Shown piece after piece: positions 51,278 to 64,000 of a DNA stretch of 64,000 bases. Below the pieces are notes generated by a model that saw only the letters and a list, made by a program, of their open reading frames with translations, was not told the origin of the DNA and did not search any database. The translations under genes and the position numbers were made by a program. Numbering within the stretch: the first letter of the stretch is position 1; the number at the start of each line of letters is the position of its first letter. Origin of the DNA: Antedon mediterranea (taxonomy: Eukaryota; Animalia; Echinodermata); contig NC_092673.1 in assembly GCF_964355755.1 (NCBI RefSeq), positions 10,106,001-10,170,000 of the forward strand, read 5' to 3'.

Positions 51278-52719
51278 GCGATATAGCTGTCTGCTGATCG
51301 GCCACCAAGCCCAGGATTTGCTGCAGCAAATTAACGATATCTGGATCATTATGAGGCGGGTGTTCTGGATCCGCCAGAAAAAAGAAAGAAGATATCCCGC
51401 CATCGACATAGCTCGAATCGTCTCGCGGGCCGCTCTGTCAACAGTTGACAGAACCTCCTCTGACCTAGCGCGCTCGCCACTAAGAAAATTTGACTTACTT
51501 GCGTCTAAGCCTTGGTCTTCGCGGACCCGTCCCTTAGCGGCGTCCGGAATGACGGGCGCCGTAATATAATGTTCAAATTGTTGAGTAGGCACTGGAAAGG
51601 CTGCTCCGAGAACAAACGACGCAGGCTTAGGAATCTTCGGTTCCTTAGCTATAAGCTCGATCCTATCTATAAGCTCAGGATCAAGCGGCACAACCAGGCA
51701 CGTGGAGGTCCTCTTCAGCGGCGTGCGCAGACCGAACGTCGAAAAACGTTTCGACGATGGCGCGGGCTTCGGCTCGTTAAACGCGTAATCGACTCCAAGA
51801 AATTCGAGTACCGCCGGGACAGTACGAAGCACTAATGCCTGCAGACCCTCACCCTCCGGTCCCTCACGCTCTCTCGCGCGCTCCTCATCAGAGAGCGTGA
51901 CCATCGTCAAATCGGACTCGTACCCTCTGACGATGGACGGGCCCTCAGACACAGACTTCTGAGGCGGGGGCCGAAGTTCGATGTACGGAACTTGGGGAGG
52001 GCCGGTATGAGGAGAGGTTGCAGAGGGCATCTCCCTAGGCAACGCTCTCACCGCTGCCGAGATAGCTTGCATGGCCGCCGGGGAGAGAACATCCGGATCG
52101 GCCGCAGCTGCAGCGGAGGCAGACATCGCGGGAGGAGCAATCTCGCGTGCAGGTGTAGACTGACTAACAACTGTTTCCTGAGTTACACACGGTGTGGGGT
52201 CAGTGAACTCCACACGATCCCGAGGCTTAGGTAGCGACGCAAACTTCGCAGGCGTCCCCCGGACACAAATATCGCACGGAGCCTCCTCACTACAAGAACG
52301 GCAATTAATGCATCTTGCGTGCCGATCCCACTTGGTCGTAGCACGGGGACCCTTGCACTGTATGCACTCTGATTTTGGCATAGTGCCAACTAACAATCGT
52401 ATTGTCACACAACGTACACCCAACGGAGTAAACTAACTAACGGCGTGTGTACTTGTTAATATCCTAGCACGCTAGGATAACGATTTGCAACGTATCACTA
52501 TTTCTATTCTAGGCCTAAAACAACGTTTCCAAACGTAACTAGAATCCTCTAGATAAGCCTAGAATAACGGATTTCAACGTATCCACACACAACAGGAATG
52601 ACTAAGCCTGTCTAATCACTATATTGACTGAACAAAGGAACTTAGCTTCGGCTTGTATTTCTCTGAATTCCTGGAATTCTATCGTTCTTTGTATCACGTA
52701 CGAACAGAAATGATGACGC

Positions 52720-55700
52720 TCGCTGATCTATCTCTCTCTCGCTGATTTATCTCTCTCTCTCTCTCGCTGATCTATCTCTCTCTCGCTGATCTATCTCTCT
52801 CTCGCTTATCTATTTCATTTCATTTCATTTATTTATTTCACTTTACAAATATATAAATATAAAGTGGAGGAGCCTAAAAGAAAGCAACGCTTGTGGTGAA
52901 TAGGCTTCTCAAAACAAAACAAATAAAATATAAATAATATAACACAATTAGAAACTCCAAAAAAACAACAATTAAACTAATATCTTTTCTCTAACACATA
53001 AGTTTAACATGTTTAAAACTAAAACAACAAGTAAAAAATAGATTATATAAATTATTTAAGAAATATCAAATATATCAATAATAAAAGAATTTACAAAGAA
53101 CCTTCAACCACTAATAGTTTAAATTGACGTTTAAATAAAGCACAGTTATGAGATTTTTTAAGAGATAAAGGAAGAGAATTCCAGAGTTTAGGTCCAGTGT
53201 ATACAAGGGTATTCATTTTAAGACTAGTTCGAGTAAATGGCAGGTGATACTGATCTATCTCTCTCTCGCTGATCTATCTCTCTCTCGCTGATCTATCTCT
53301 CTCTCGCTGATCTATCTCTCTCGCTGATCTATCTCTCTCGCTGATCAATCTCTCTCTCGCCGATCTATCTCTCTCTCGCTGATCTATCTCTCTCTCGCTG
53401 ATCTATCTCTCTCTCTTGCTGATCTATCTCTCTCTCGCTGATCTATCTCTCTCTCGCTGATCTATCTCTCTCTCTCTTTCGCTGATCTATCTCTCTCTCG
53501 CTGATCTATCTCTCTTTCGCTGATCTATCTCTCTCTCGCTGATCTATCTCTCTCTCGCTGATCTATCTCTCTCTCGCTGATCTATCTCTCTCTCGCTGAT
53601 CTATCTCTCTCTCTCGCTGATATATCTCTCTCGCTGATCTATCTCTCTCGCTGATCTATCTCTCTCTCGCTGATCTATCTCTCTCTCTCGCTGATCTATC
53701 TCTCTCTCGCTGATCTATCTCTCCCTCGCTGATCTATCTTTCTCTCGCTGATCTATCTCTGTCTCGCTGATCTATTTCTCTCTCGCTGATCTATCTCTCT
53801 CTTGCTGATCTATCTCTCTCTCGCTGATCTATCTCTCTCTCTCGCTGATCTATCTCTCTCTCGCTGATCTATCTCTCTTTCGCTGATCTATCTCTCTCTC
53901 GCTGATCTATCTCTCTCTCTCGCTGATCTATCTCTCTCTCTCGCTGATCTATCTCTCTCTCGCTGATCTATCTCTCTGTCGCTGATCTATCTCTCTCTCG
54001 CTGATCTATCTCTCTCGCTGATCTATCTCTCTCGATGATCTATCTCTCTCTCGCTGATCTATCTCTCTCTCTCTCGCTGATCTATCTCTCTCTCTGATCT
54101 ATCTCTCTCTCGCTGATCTATCTCTCTCTCGCTGATCTATCTCTCTCTCGCTGATCTATCTCTCTCTCGCTGATCTATCTCTCTCTCGCTGATCTATCTT
54201 TCTCTCGCTGATCTATCTCTGTCTCGCTGATCTATCTGTCTCTCGCTGATCTATCTCTCTCTCGCTGATCTATCTCTCTCTCGCTGATCTATCTCTCTCT
54301 CTCTCTCTCTCGCTGATCTATCTCTATCTCGCTGATCTCCCTCTCTCTCTGATCTATCTCTCTCTCTGATCTATCTCTCTCTCTCTCTCTCTCGCTGATC
54401 TATCTCTCTCTCTCGCTGATCTATCTCTCTCTCACTGATCTATCTCTTTCTTTCTCGCTGATCTATCTCTCTCTTGCTGATCTATCTCTCTCTCGTTGAT
54501 CTATCTCTCTCTCGCTGATATATCTCTCTCTCGCTGATCTATCTCTCTCTCGCTGATCTATCTCTCTCTCTCTCGCTGATCTATCTCTCTCTCGCTGATC
54601 TATCTCTTTCTCGCTGATCTATCTCTCTCTCGCTGATCTATCTCTCTCGCTGATCTATCTCTCGCTCGCTGATCTATCTCTCTCTCTCGCTGATATATAT
54701 CTCTCTCACTGATCTATCTCTCTCTCGCTGATCTATCTCTCTCTCGCTGATCTACCTCTCTCTCTCGCTGATCTATCTCTCTCTCTCGCTGATCTATCTC
54801 TCTCGCTGATCTATCTCTCTCTCGCTGATCTATCTCTTTCTCGCTGATCTATCTCTCTCGCTGATCTATCTCTCTCGCTGATCTATCTCTCTCTCGCTGA
54901 TCTATCTCTCTCTCACTGATCTATCTCTCTCGCTGATCTATCTATCTCTTTCTCGCTGATCTATCTCTCTCTCGTTGATCTATCTCTCTCTCTCGCTGAT
55001 CTATCTCTCTCTCGCTGATCTATCTCTCTCTCGCTGATCTATCTCTCTCTCGCTGCACTATCTCTCTCTTGCTGATCTATCTCTCTCTCGCTGATCTATC
55101 CATCTCTCGCTGATCTATCTCTCTCTCTCGCTGATCTATCTCTCTCTCGCTGATCTATCTCTCTCTCGCTGATCTATCTCTCTCTCGCTGATCTATCTCT
55201 CTCTTTCGCTGATCTATCTCTCTCTCGCTGATCTATTTCTCTCGCTGATCTATCTCTCTCTCGCTGATCTACCTCTCTCTCTCGCTGATCTATCTCTCTC
55301 TCGCTGATCTATCTCTCTCGCTGATCTATCTCTCTCTCGCTGATCTATCTCTCTCTCGCTAATCTATCTCTCTCTCGCTGATCTATCTCTCTCTCTCGCT
55401 GATCTATCTCTCTCTCGTTGATCTATCTCTCTCTCGTTGATCTATCTCTCTCTCTCGCTGATCTATCTCTCTCTCGCTGATCTATCTCTCTCTCGCTTAT
55501 CTATCTCTCTCTCGGTGATCTCTCTCTCTCTCTCGCTGATCTATCCCTCTCTCGCTGATCTATCTCTCTCTCGCTGATCCATCTCTCTCTCTCTCTCGCT
55601 GATCTTTCTCTCTCTTGCTGATCTATCTCTCTCTCGCTGATCTATCTCTCTCTCGGTGATCTATATCTCTCTCGCTGATCTATCTCTCTCTCTCTCTCGC

Positions 55701-56955
55701 TGATCTATCTCTCTCTCTCGCTGATCTATCTCTCTCTCACTGATCTATCTCTTTCTTTCTCGCTGATCTATCTCTTTCTTGCTGATCTATCTCTCTCTCG
55801 TTGATCTATCTCTCTCTCGCTGATATATCTCTCTCTCGCTGATCCATCTCTCTCTCTTGCTGATCTATCTCTCTCTCTCTCGCTGATCTATCTCTCTCTC
55901 GCTGATCTATCTCTTTCTCGCTGATCTATCTCTCTCTCGCTGATCTATCTCTCACGCTGATCTATCTCTCTCTCGCTGATCAATCTCTCTCTCGCTGATC
56001 TATCTCTCTCTCTCTCTCTCTCGCTGATCTATCTCTCTCGCTGATCTATCTCTCTCGCTGATCTATCTCTCTCTCTCTCGCTGATCTATCTGTCTCTCGC
56101 TGATCTATCTGTCTCTCGCTGATCTATCTGTCTCTCGCTGATCTATCTGTCTCTCGCTGATCTATCTGTCTCTCGCTGATCTATGTCTCTCTCGCTGATC
56201 TATCTCTCTCTCGCTGATCTATCTATCTCTCTCTCGCTGATCTACCTCTCTCGCTGATCTATCTATCTCTCTCTCTCGCTGATCTATCTATCTCTCTCGC
56301 TGATCTATCTCTCTCTCGCTAATCTATCTATCTCTCACTCGCTGATCTATCTCTCTCTTGCTGATCTATCTCTCTCTCGCTGATCTATCTCTCTCACTGA
56401 TCTATCTCTCTCTCGCTGATCTATCTCTCTCTCTCGCTGATCTATCTCTCTCTCGCTGATCTATCTCTCTCTCTCTCTCGCTGATCTATCTCTCTCTCGC
56501 TGATCTATCTGTCTCTCGCTGATCTATCTGTCTCTCGCTGATCTATCTGTCTCTCGCTGATCTATCTGTCTCTCGCTGATATATCTCTCTCTCGCTGATC
56601 TATCTGTCTCTCGCTGATCTATCTCTCTCTCGCTGATCTATCTCTCTCTCTCGCTGATCTATCTCTCTCTTGCTGATCTATCTCTCTCTCTCACTGATCT
56701 ATCTGTCTCTCTCGCAGATCTATCTGTTTATCGCTGATCTATCTCTCTCTCGCTGATCTATCTCTCTCTCTCGCTGATCTATCTCTCTCTCGCTAAATCT
56801 ATCTTTCTCTCGATGATCTATCTCTGTCTCGCTGATCTATCTGTCTCTCGCTGATCTATCTCTGTCTCGCTGATCTATCTCTCTCTCGCTGATCTATCTC
56901 TCTTTCTCTCTCGCTGATCTATCTCTATCTCGCTGATCTCTCTCTCTCTCTCTGA

Positions 56956-56996
<41 letters not shown>

Positions 56997-57549
56997 TCTA
57001 TCTATCTCTCGCTGATCTATCTCCCTCTCTCGCTGATCTATCTCTCTCTCTCGCTGATCTATCTCTCTCTCTCTCGCTGATCTATATCTCTCTCGCTGAT
57101 CTATCTCTCTCTCTCACTGATCTACCTCTCTCTCGCTGATCTATCTCTCTCTCGCTGATCTATCTCTCTCTTGCTGATCTATCTCTCTCCTACTGATCCA
57201 TCTCTCTCTCGCTGATCTATCTCTCTCTCGATGATCTATCTCTCTCTTTCACGCTGATCTCTCTCTCTCTCGCTGATCTATCTCTCTCTCGCTGATCTCT
57301 CTCTCTCTCGCTGATCTATCTCTCTCTCGCTGATCTATCTCTCTCTCGCTGATCTATCTCTCTTTCGCTGATCTATCTCTCTCTCGCTGATCTATCTCTC
57401 TGTCGCTGATCTATCTCTCTCTCGCTGATCTATCTCTCTCTCTCGCTGATCTATCTCTCTCTCGCTGATCTATCTCTCTCTCCTCGATCTATCTCTCTCT
57501 CGCTGATCTATCTCTCTCTCGCTGATCTCTCTCTCTCTCGCTGATCTAT
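52720..57549. repeat. CT-rich minisatellite, consensus gctgatctatctctctctc (~19 bp, variable CT count)
   Basis: More than 4 kb of tandem monomers; resumes at 63965 to the window end. Confidence 0.98.
52814..53250 (-). mobile_element. 3' end of a LINE inserted in the satellite
   Basis: Minus-strand YHLPFTRTSLKMNTLVYTGPKLWNSLP typical of a LINE ORF2 C-terminus; aataaa plus (tgaaa)n tail at the left junction. Confidence 0.75.
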
Positions 57550-57705
57550 AATAATAATAATAATAATAACAGGATTTTTATAGCGCACATACCACTCAAG
57601 AGTGCTCAAGGCGGATTAAAAAAAAAAAAAAAACAAATCATACAAATGCCTGACAAATAAAATGCAATTTCTTTGGAGGGTCCCCATCCGTTCTCGTTCT
57701 GTCGC

Positions 57706-58645
57706 GGTCCCGGACGCGATTTTTTTTTTCGTACATAAGTTGGGGACCCCTCATGAAACGTCACAAAAATAAACATGAATAATTCATCAGTTAAATTTGT
57801 TGTTCCGTGTGCACCCAAGCGTATAGCAACAAGAAGTGATTACACGAACAACTGCGATACGATTCTTTCTACAGTAGGCCTAGGATTCTAGGTCAATTCA
57901 CGTGATTGCCTTCGCGCACTATTCTTCACACAAAATGTGTCGAATCGAGGCTAATCGACAGCTAGGCAAGACATTAAACTAAGTAGTAATTCATTGGACA
58001 TAGCCCAAAGAAAGCTTAGACCCACAAGAATAAAGAATGTGTATAATTTGTGTACTGTATTTTTTTAATTCTGCTATTTTATTATCAAACAATATGCATG
58101 AACTCAAAGGAACTTTAAAAATGCGCGTATATGAACACATGAGATGGGAAGATTAGACCCACGAGAATAAAAAATGTATTTTTGTGTAATGTTTAATGTT
58201 TAATTTTGCTGACTTATTACTCGGATTCGTGTCATATACCTAACACACACACGTCACACACATACCCACCGTACCCACACAGCTACTACTAGAATAGACA
58301 TGGGTTTAGAGACTAATAATTAGGCCTATAGTATTAATAGAAACTATAATTTTAACACGTAATTCTTTAGTAATAAATTATATTAAAAACACCATAAACA
58401 AAGGCTGATTATTTCGACAATCCACACAAAACGCCGCTATTCTTCTACGAAATCGCACGCCGCAACAACAGCGGAGATAGGCCTAGAATCGTACCGCACT
58501 CTTGTGTAATCACTTCTTGTTGGTATACGCTTGAGTGCACACGGAACAAGAACATTTAACTGATGAATTATTCATGTTTATTTTGTGACGTTTCATGAGG
58601 GGGTCCCCAACTTATGTACGAAAAAAAAATCGCGTCCCGGACCCC
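57706..58645. mobile_element. MITE-like element with ~180-bp TIRs in the LINE 3' UTR
   Basis: ggacgcgattttttt(t)cgtacataagttggggaccc...ttaaat is mirrored at ~58480-58645; no clear TSD. Confidence 0.75.
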
Positions 58646-58785
58646 TATCTAGGTGACCAAACAAATGAACAGGATACACATTTGCCTTGCCACAGACGAC
58701 CGGGTGCTCAGAGACTACAACCAAGACAGAGGCACCCCAAAGATAATGCTGGTCAGGAAAAAGTATACTATAAAATTCTAGAACT

Positions 58786-61700
58786 TTAAGAAACCTCATG
58801 ATTTCCATATGCCTTAATGAATAAATGTGTTTTTAATAATTTTGTAAAAGTATCAAAAGTTTTGCAAAATCTGATAGAGCTCGGTAGAGCATTCCATAGA
58901 CGAGGAGCAGTAACGGTGAAAGCTCTGTCTCCCCATGAGTGGTGAGACTTAGGTTGATGTAGAAGCAGCGTATCACTAGAACGCAGATTCCGTCTGGGAA
59001 CATACAGCCTAAACATGTCAGATATATATTCAGGAGCCATGCCATTAATAGACTTAAAAACATAGAGTAATAATTTAAAAACAATGCGGTACATAACAGG
59101 AAGCCAATGCAAAGTTTCCAAGGTATTTGATATGTGTGCATATCTTGGTAGTTTTTTAACAACTCGTGCCGCTGTATTTTGAATCAGCTGAAGCCTGTGG
59201 AGTTGTTTTTGTGGGAGACCAAATAACAAGGAGTTACACATATCGAGACGCGAACTAACAAATGCATGTACAAGTTGCTCAGCAGCTGCACGATTTAAGT
59301 ATTTTCTGATGCCTCGAATATTTCTTAAATTATATGACGATGCAGACGTAATTTTAGAAATATGAGCCGTCATTGTCATATTAGAATCCAGAATTACACC
59401 AAGATTTCTAACTTGTGTAGTATTTTTAGTACAAAAGTTAGCAATGGAAACCCTCCTAGATGGAATTTTCTCTAATTGTTGTTGCGAACCAAATAGAATG
59501 TACTCAGTGTTATCATCATTAAGTTTCAAAAAGTTTTTGGCCATCCAGACACGAATTTCAGAGATACATTTTTCAAGCAAATCAATTGATAATTCACTCT
59601 GTGTCATGGTAGGTTTTAACGATATATATATCTGAGTGTCATCAGCGTAAACATGATAGCTAAGATTATATTTCTTAATGATATCACGAATAGGATATAC
59701 ATAAATTGTAAACAATTGTGGACCTAACACAGATCCTTGCGGAACAGAGTAATTTAAAGTGGTAGGTTGAGAGATTACCTCTCTAATACAAATGTGTTGA
59801 AGTCTGTCCTCCAAGTATGATTGATACCATCTTAGTGCCCATCCCTCAACACCAATAGAAGCATGCAACCTCTCAGTCAGAATACTATGATCTACCGTAT
59901 CAAACGCAGCACTCAAATCAAGTAAAATTAAAGCAGTTACTTTTCCAACATCCATCGCACGAAGTATATCATTGCTAACGCGCAGCAGTGCAGTTTCAGT
60001 ACTGTGATGTGCTTTATACGCTGATTGAAACGGATCAAGTAAAGAATTATCCTTTACATGTGATAGTATACGTTTAGATACCACTTTTTCAATTACTTTT
60101 CCAAGAAAACACAGATTTGATACTGATCTGTAATTGGATAGCTTTTCAGGATCAAGACCCGATTTCTTTAATTGAGGACGTATGTGCGAGATTTTACAAA
60201 TATCTGGGAAAACCCCAGTTTCCAAAGACAGATTAACGACACGTGTAATTAGTGGAACAAAAACAACAGCATTTCTCTTAATTAACAGAGTAGGAACTGG
60301 ATCCAGACTTCAAGATTTAGCAGGCGAGTTTTTGACAATTTCAGAAATTTCTTTTTCACTTGCAGGTTCAAATATACAAAGGGAGGAACAATTATAATTT
60401 TCACAGCATACGTCGGTATTAAAGTAATGAGACAAACTTCCAGCACTATCTTTAACAAGAAGTTTACGAATATTAACAATTTTATTTTTTAAAAATACGG
60501 AAAATCTTTCTGCAAGTAACTCATCTGAGTGAGAAAATGGAAGCACCAACGATTTAGAACAGTGTAAAAGATTGTTTACAACTTTAAACAGCTTCTTCTG
60601 ATCACCTGAGCAATCTTCGACCAGATCAGAATAATATTGTTTCTTAGCACTTTCAACAAGCATATTAACAATACACAGCTGATGACAATATTTCTGTCTA
60701 TATAATGTATTTTTTGATTTCATCCATTTTCTCTCAAATACGCGACGGAGTTTTCTTGCAGATCTAATTTTATCAGTATACCACGGTTTTGAAGAATTTA
60801 GTTTGATACATTTTGTTTTTAAAGGTGCGTGTTTATCCATAACTTCTCTTAAAGAGCAGTATCTTTCAATATTTTCTTGCAAAGTACCATCATGCATATC
60901 AGACAACCGAGCTTGTATGTCATTTGAAAATATTGTTGTATCAATACTGTTTATATTTCGGATTTTAATTTTAGATTTAGGAAGAGGTGGTTTCTTGAAG
61001 TCGAGACTACAAAGTATAGAAAAATGATCAGAGATACCCGGTTTTACAGTGATCCCCGAGATCAGAGAAACATCTCTAGTAATAATGAGATCAAGACAAT
61101 GACCACCATCATGCGTAGGTTCATTTACAGTACATGCTGTATAAGATTGAAAGACTGCAATAGACGATTACATTTATTTGCAGCGATATTCTCATTTTCA
61201 TCAATGTGGATATTAAAATCACCACAAAAAATTACTTCTGATGGAATGATGAGATAATCAAAAATCATATTTTCAAATTCATTAAGAAAGTCGGTGACAG
61301 ACAAACTCGGTGGTCTATAGATGCATACAATATAAATTGTTTTTGAACTTAATGTAAACTGTAAATGTATTGATTCAAATGAAGAATAAACATTTACATC
61401 ATTTTTCATATTAACACTTAGACTAGATTTAAATAAAATTCCAACCTCTCCACCGATTTTATCCAATCTAGGAACATGTTTGAAACAATATCCAAGTGGA
61501 GTTATGTTTCCAATGGAGAGGTTGTCATCAGGTCGAAGCCATGTTTCAGACACAGACACGATATCAATGTCATTACTAACAACAAAGTCTGTGAATTCAT
61601 CACTTTTGTTACGCAATGAACGAGCATTTAGCAAACAAAATATAAGTGACGAATTTGCAGAATTTGAATTTAATTTTTGTAGGTAGGTTTTCGTGGATTT

Positions 61701-61793
61701 AGCAGCTCTCGTACAAGTTCCAGGTACTTGAACCACTCTTTTCTTTCTTTTCTTGCATCGATTTTTATAGTCCCTTGTTGATGATTGACGCAT
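58786..61793 (-). CDS. LINE ORF2 (APE endonuclease + RT), frameshifted into several pieces
   Basis: ORFs 61125-61793, 60310-60906 and 58786-60225 carry consecutive EN, linker and RT motifs. Confidence 0.9.
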
Positions 61794-63526
61794 TCTCTCT
61801 TACGAATTGGTTGGTACTGATTTGAGAGCAGAAAAAATGACGGAGGTGGACTCATCGCCGACTCACTACTTATGTGATCAATAATGTTCTTCGCCAGAGT
61901 ACTTGTTCCTCGTGGGCTAAGATGAACTCCATCAGAAGATAGTTTTATGAATGGAATATTTGTATTATCAATAAATCCCCAGCCATTCTCTTTGCATATG
62001 AGTTTCATATGGTGATTTGCTCTCTCTACATCATCGCATTTCGAGACTGTCTGGTTGCGTCGGTGTATGATGGAGGAAACTGTGCACTTTATTGGCTTCA
62101 TGGGTTTCACACAGAGATGTCGTTTTTGAGGTCAAAGTGTCTGAACTGTCATTTCTCTTGTTAGTTCCCACATGAACAATCACTCTTTCAACACCATGTT
62201 TTACTGCAAGACGCTTGGCACAATGCGCGAGGTCTTCCATTTTTGGACCACGCATAGTGTGGCATATCACCTTTTTTTCAGTAGAATTATTTAATCGTTT
62301 GGGACGAAGATGTTTAATCATTGAATCGCCAATAATCAGAACGTCAGCTGGAATTATGTAATCTTGAGTACTAGCAGTTTTATCAGCAATTTGTTGTGTG
62401 TCGCTTAGTGCTTTATGTTTATTACGGTATTTATGAATCTGTAGTTGATAAGAATCAACTTTTCCAGTACTCTTCGTTACATCATTAGTAGGGCTAGTCG
62501 TGTCCAATGCGTTATTTAGAGTGTCAATTAGCTGATCAGAATAAGTCCGAGAATCATCGATAACTTTACTGTCACAATTTGGTTCTACATTAGACCGATT
62601 TTGTTTCGGGAGGTCCAATGAGGTCAGATGTATAGACTGTTCTTGAGGAGAGGAACATCTATCGTGCAGACCAAGTTGGGGACAGGTTTTATGTTGAGTA
62701 ACACTATGCCCCTTCACAGTAATAAAGTCAGATGTGTCAATAGCAACTTGGGTTATTTTCGCATCTTTGGCTTTAGCAGCATCTTTATGAGCTGAGATAA
62801 GTAGATCGTGTAGTTTTGTCACTTCCTTATCTTTTTGCTGCAACAGTTGTAAAGTATGCTGCAAATGTGTTACATCGGACTTAAGAGCTTCGAATTTAAT
62901 ATTTATATTCTGTTTGAATTTTCTATTTTCTTGTAGGGATTTAACCTCTTTTTAAAATTCATTAAGCTCACGTCGAATATCTTTTACAGCTTCAAACAAA
63001 ATAGCACAATCATTGTTTTTAGCTAATAATTTATCTTTCAGGACTCTATTCTCATTTTCAGACATTTTAATTTTAAGTTCGAAGTTTTCTTTTAGAAAAT
63101 CAGATAGATTTGGAGAAGCTAATGAGTGATCAAAATGTGATTGAGTGCAAGCGGAATGGATGTTTTGGAGGTCATTTACATCAGTGGTTACCAGGTCATG
63201 TATTATGTATCATTACATTCAGTATCTATTTTGTTACTTTCAATAGCTGCATTTACTAAAGGTAGTTCCACTTCAGCATCATTGACTTTAGTTGCATCAG
63301 TACATTCTAAGTCATTGCACACCCCATTTTCGCTGAGATATTTTTCGGCTTTTTCAACACTAAAAAATGATTGGAATAAAGCTCCGTGATAGCCATCAGT
63401 GTTTGCTTGGCATTCCAGCCAGGATAAATATATACCTGGTTGTTTACCGACAGCAACAGCATAAACCTTTTTCTTTTTAGTTTTCTTAGATTTAATTAGT
63501 TTTTCAGCCATTTCTATGTGTTGCAT
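61670..63526 (-). CDS. LINE ORF1 (disrupted): RNase H1-like hybrid-binding domain + coiled coil + SGNH esterase
   Basis: KVYAVAVGKQPGIYLSWLECQANTDGYHGALFQSFFSVEKAEKYL (~63335-63470); heptad-rich region 62800-63110; IIGDSMIK, VHVGTN and DGVHLSPRG. Confidence 0.8.
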
Positions 63527-63964
63527 TGTTGCATTAGCCACCTCGCTATGCAGTGGTATTTGTACGATTTCAATGGACAAAAGAAGACAATAGAAAGTAC
63601 TGTTGCCTAGCACAACGACGCCTCGCACTGATTGGCCGATTAGAAGGCAGAAAAGACGCGGTACGATCGTTTGAGGTCCCAGCAATGAAAAGGGCCAAAC
63701 TAACCCTGTATAGATCGTATGGTACAACTTTTTTTCCTATCCGTGGGCCTAGGCGTTGAAGGTCTAAATCACTTGGATCTAGCAATGGGTTCTGTAATAA
63801 AAAGTGTACTTTCCTTTTATATGAGTTCCTTGTTTATCACTATGAGTTCAACACCGAATAAAAGTCCAAATATTGTCAAATAATAACAACAATTAAGAGA
63901 TATCTTTCAAGTAGCGTACTGGTTGCGCTTCATTGTTCCTAGATTGCATTAACCAAATTTCTTC

Positions 63965-64000
63965 GATCTATCTCTCTCTCGCTGATCTATCTCTCTCTCG
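63965..64000. repeat. Continuation of the gctgatctatctctctctc satellite
   Basis: Two monomers at the window edge. Confidence 0.9.

Larger units (their letters stand above)
40396..52720 (-). mobile_element. DIRS-type tyrosine-recombinase retrotransposon, interrupted twice
   Basis: Gag with DRHARCINCRSC..PCDIC (51245-52423); RT LPFGLSTAP/YLDDWL and RNase H TDAS, HINLLEL, SDN (44179-45613); methyltransferase-like DLFAS, YAFPP, APFWPRQPWFP; YR HQVRGVATS...TFTSLYL (40687-41560); ITR match agcgtcatcatttc (~40480) vs gaaatgatgacgct (~52707); ICR at 40528-40613. Confidence 0.92.
57550..63964 (-). mobile_element. Near full-length L2-type LINE inserted in the satellite
   Basis: (ATT)n tail at 57550-57569; RT QSAY, DLSAAFDTVDH, VPQGSVLGP, YADDTQ, LHWLPV; APE LNARSL, SETWL, YRPP, GDFN; ORF1 with esterase; satellite on both sides, possible TSD gatctat. 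Confidence 0.92.

Noticed and set aside
52720-57549. CRISPR array or telomeric repeat
   Set aside because: No unique spacers, no cas genes, eukaryotic context, and the monomer is not a telomeric motif
63203-63727. Cellular RNase H1 gene
   Set aside because: Only the N-terminal binding domain is present; there is no catalytic RNase H domain, and it is colinear with LINE ORF1/ORF2 inside one insertion

Overview
This is AT-rich animal (probably marine invertebrate) nuclear DNA made almost entirely of nested transposable elements and decayed gene copies. I found no intact cellular gene. The left half holds two tandem, frameshifted 3'-half copies of a fibrocystin-L (PKHD1L1-like) gene on the minus strand (about 2.4-16.8 kb and 18.0-31.3 kb) with complementary internal deletions. 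They are peppered with LINE fragments, Academ-, Zator- and Kolobok-like DNA elements, a Penelope-like element with an inverted pseudo-LTR, and a young full-length Gypsy element. The right half holds Academ and Harbinger non-autonomous elements and a DIRS tyrosine-recombinase retroelement split by two CAC-terminated, Chapaev-like insertions. One of these insertions carries a RAG1-N-like zinc-finger remnant and asymmetric 21/11-spaced terminal motifs. A ~19-bp CT-rich satellite follows, into which a near full-length L2-type LINE has inserted; its ORF1 fuses an RNase H1-type hybrid-binding domain to a coiled coil and an SGNH esterase. All family calls come from motif recognition by eye, not from database searches.
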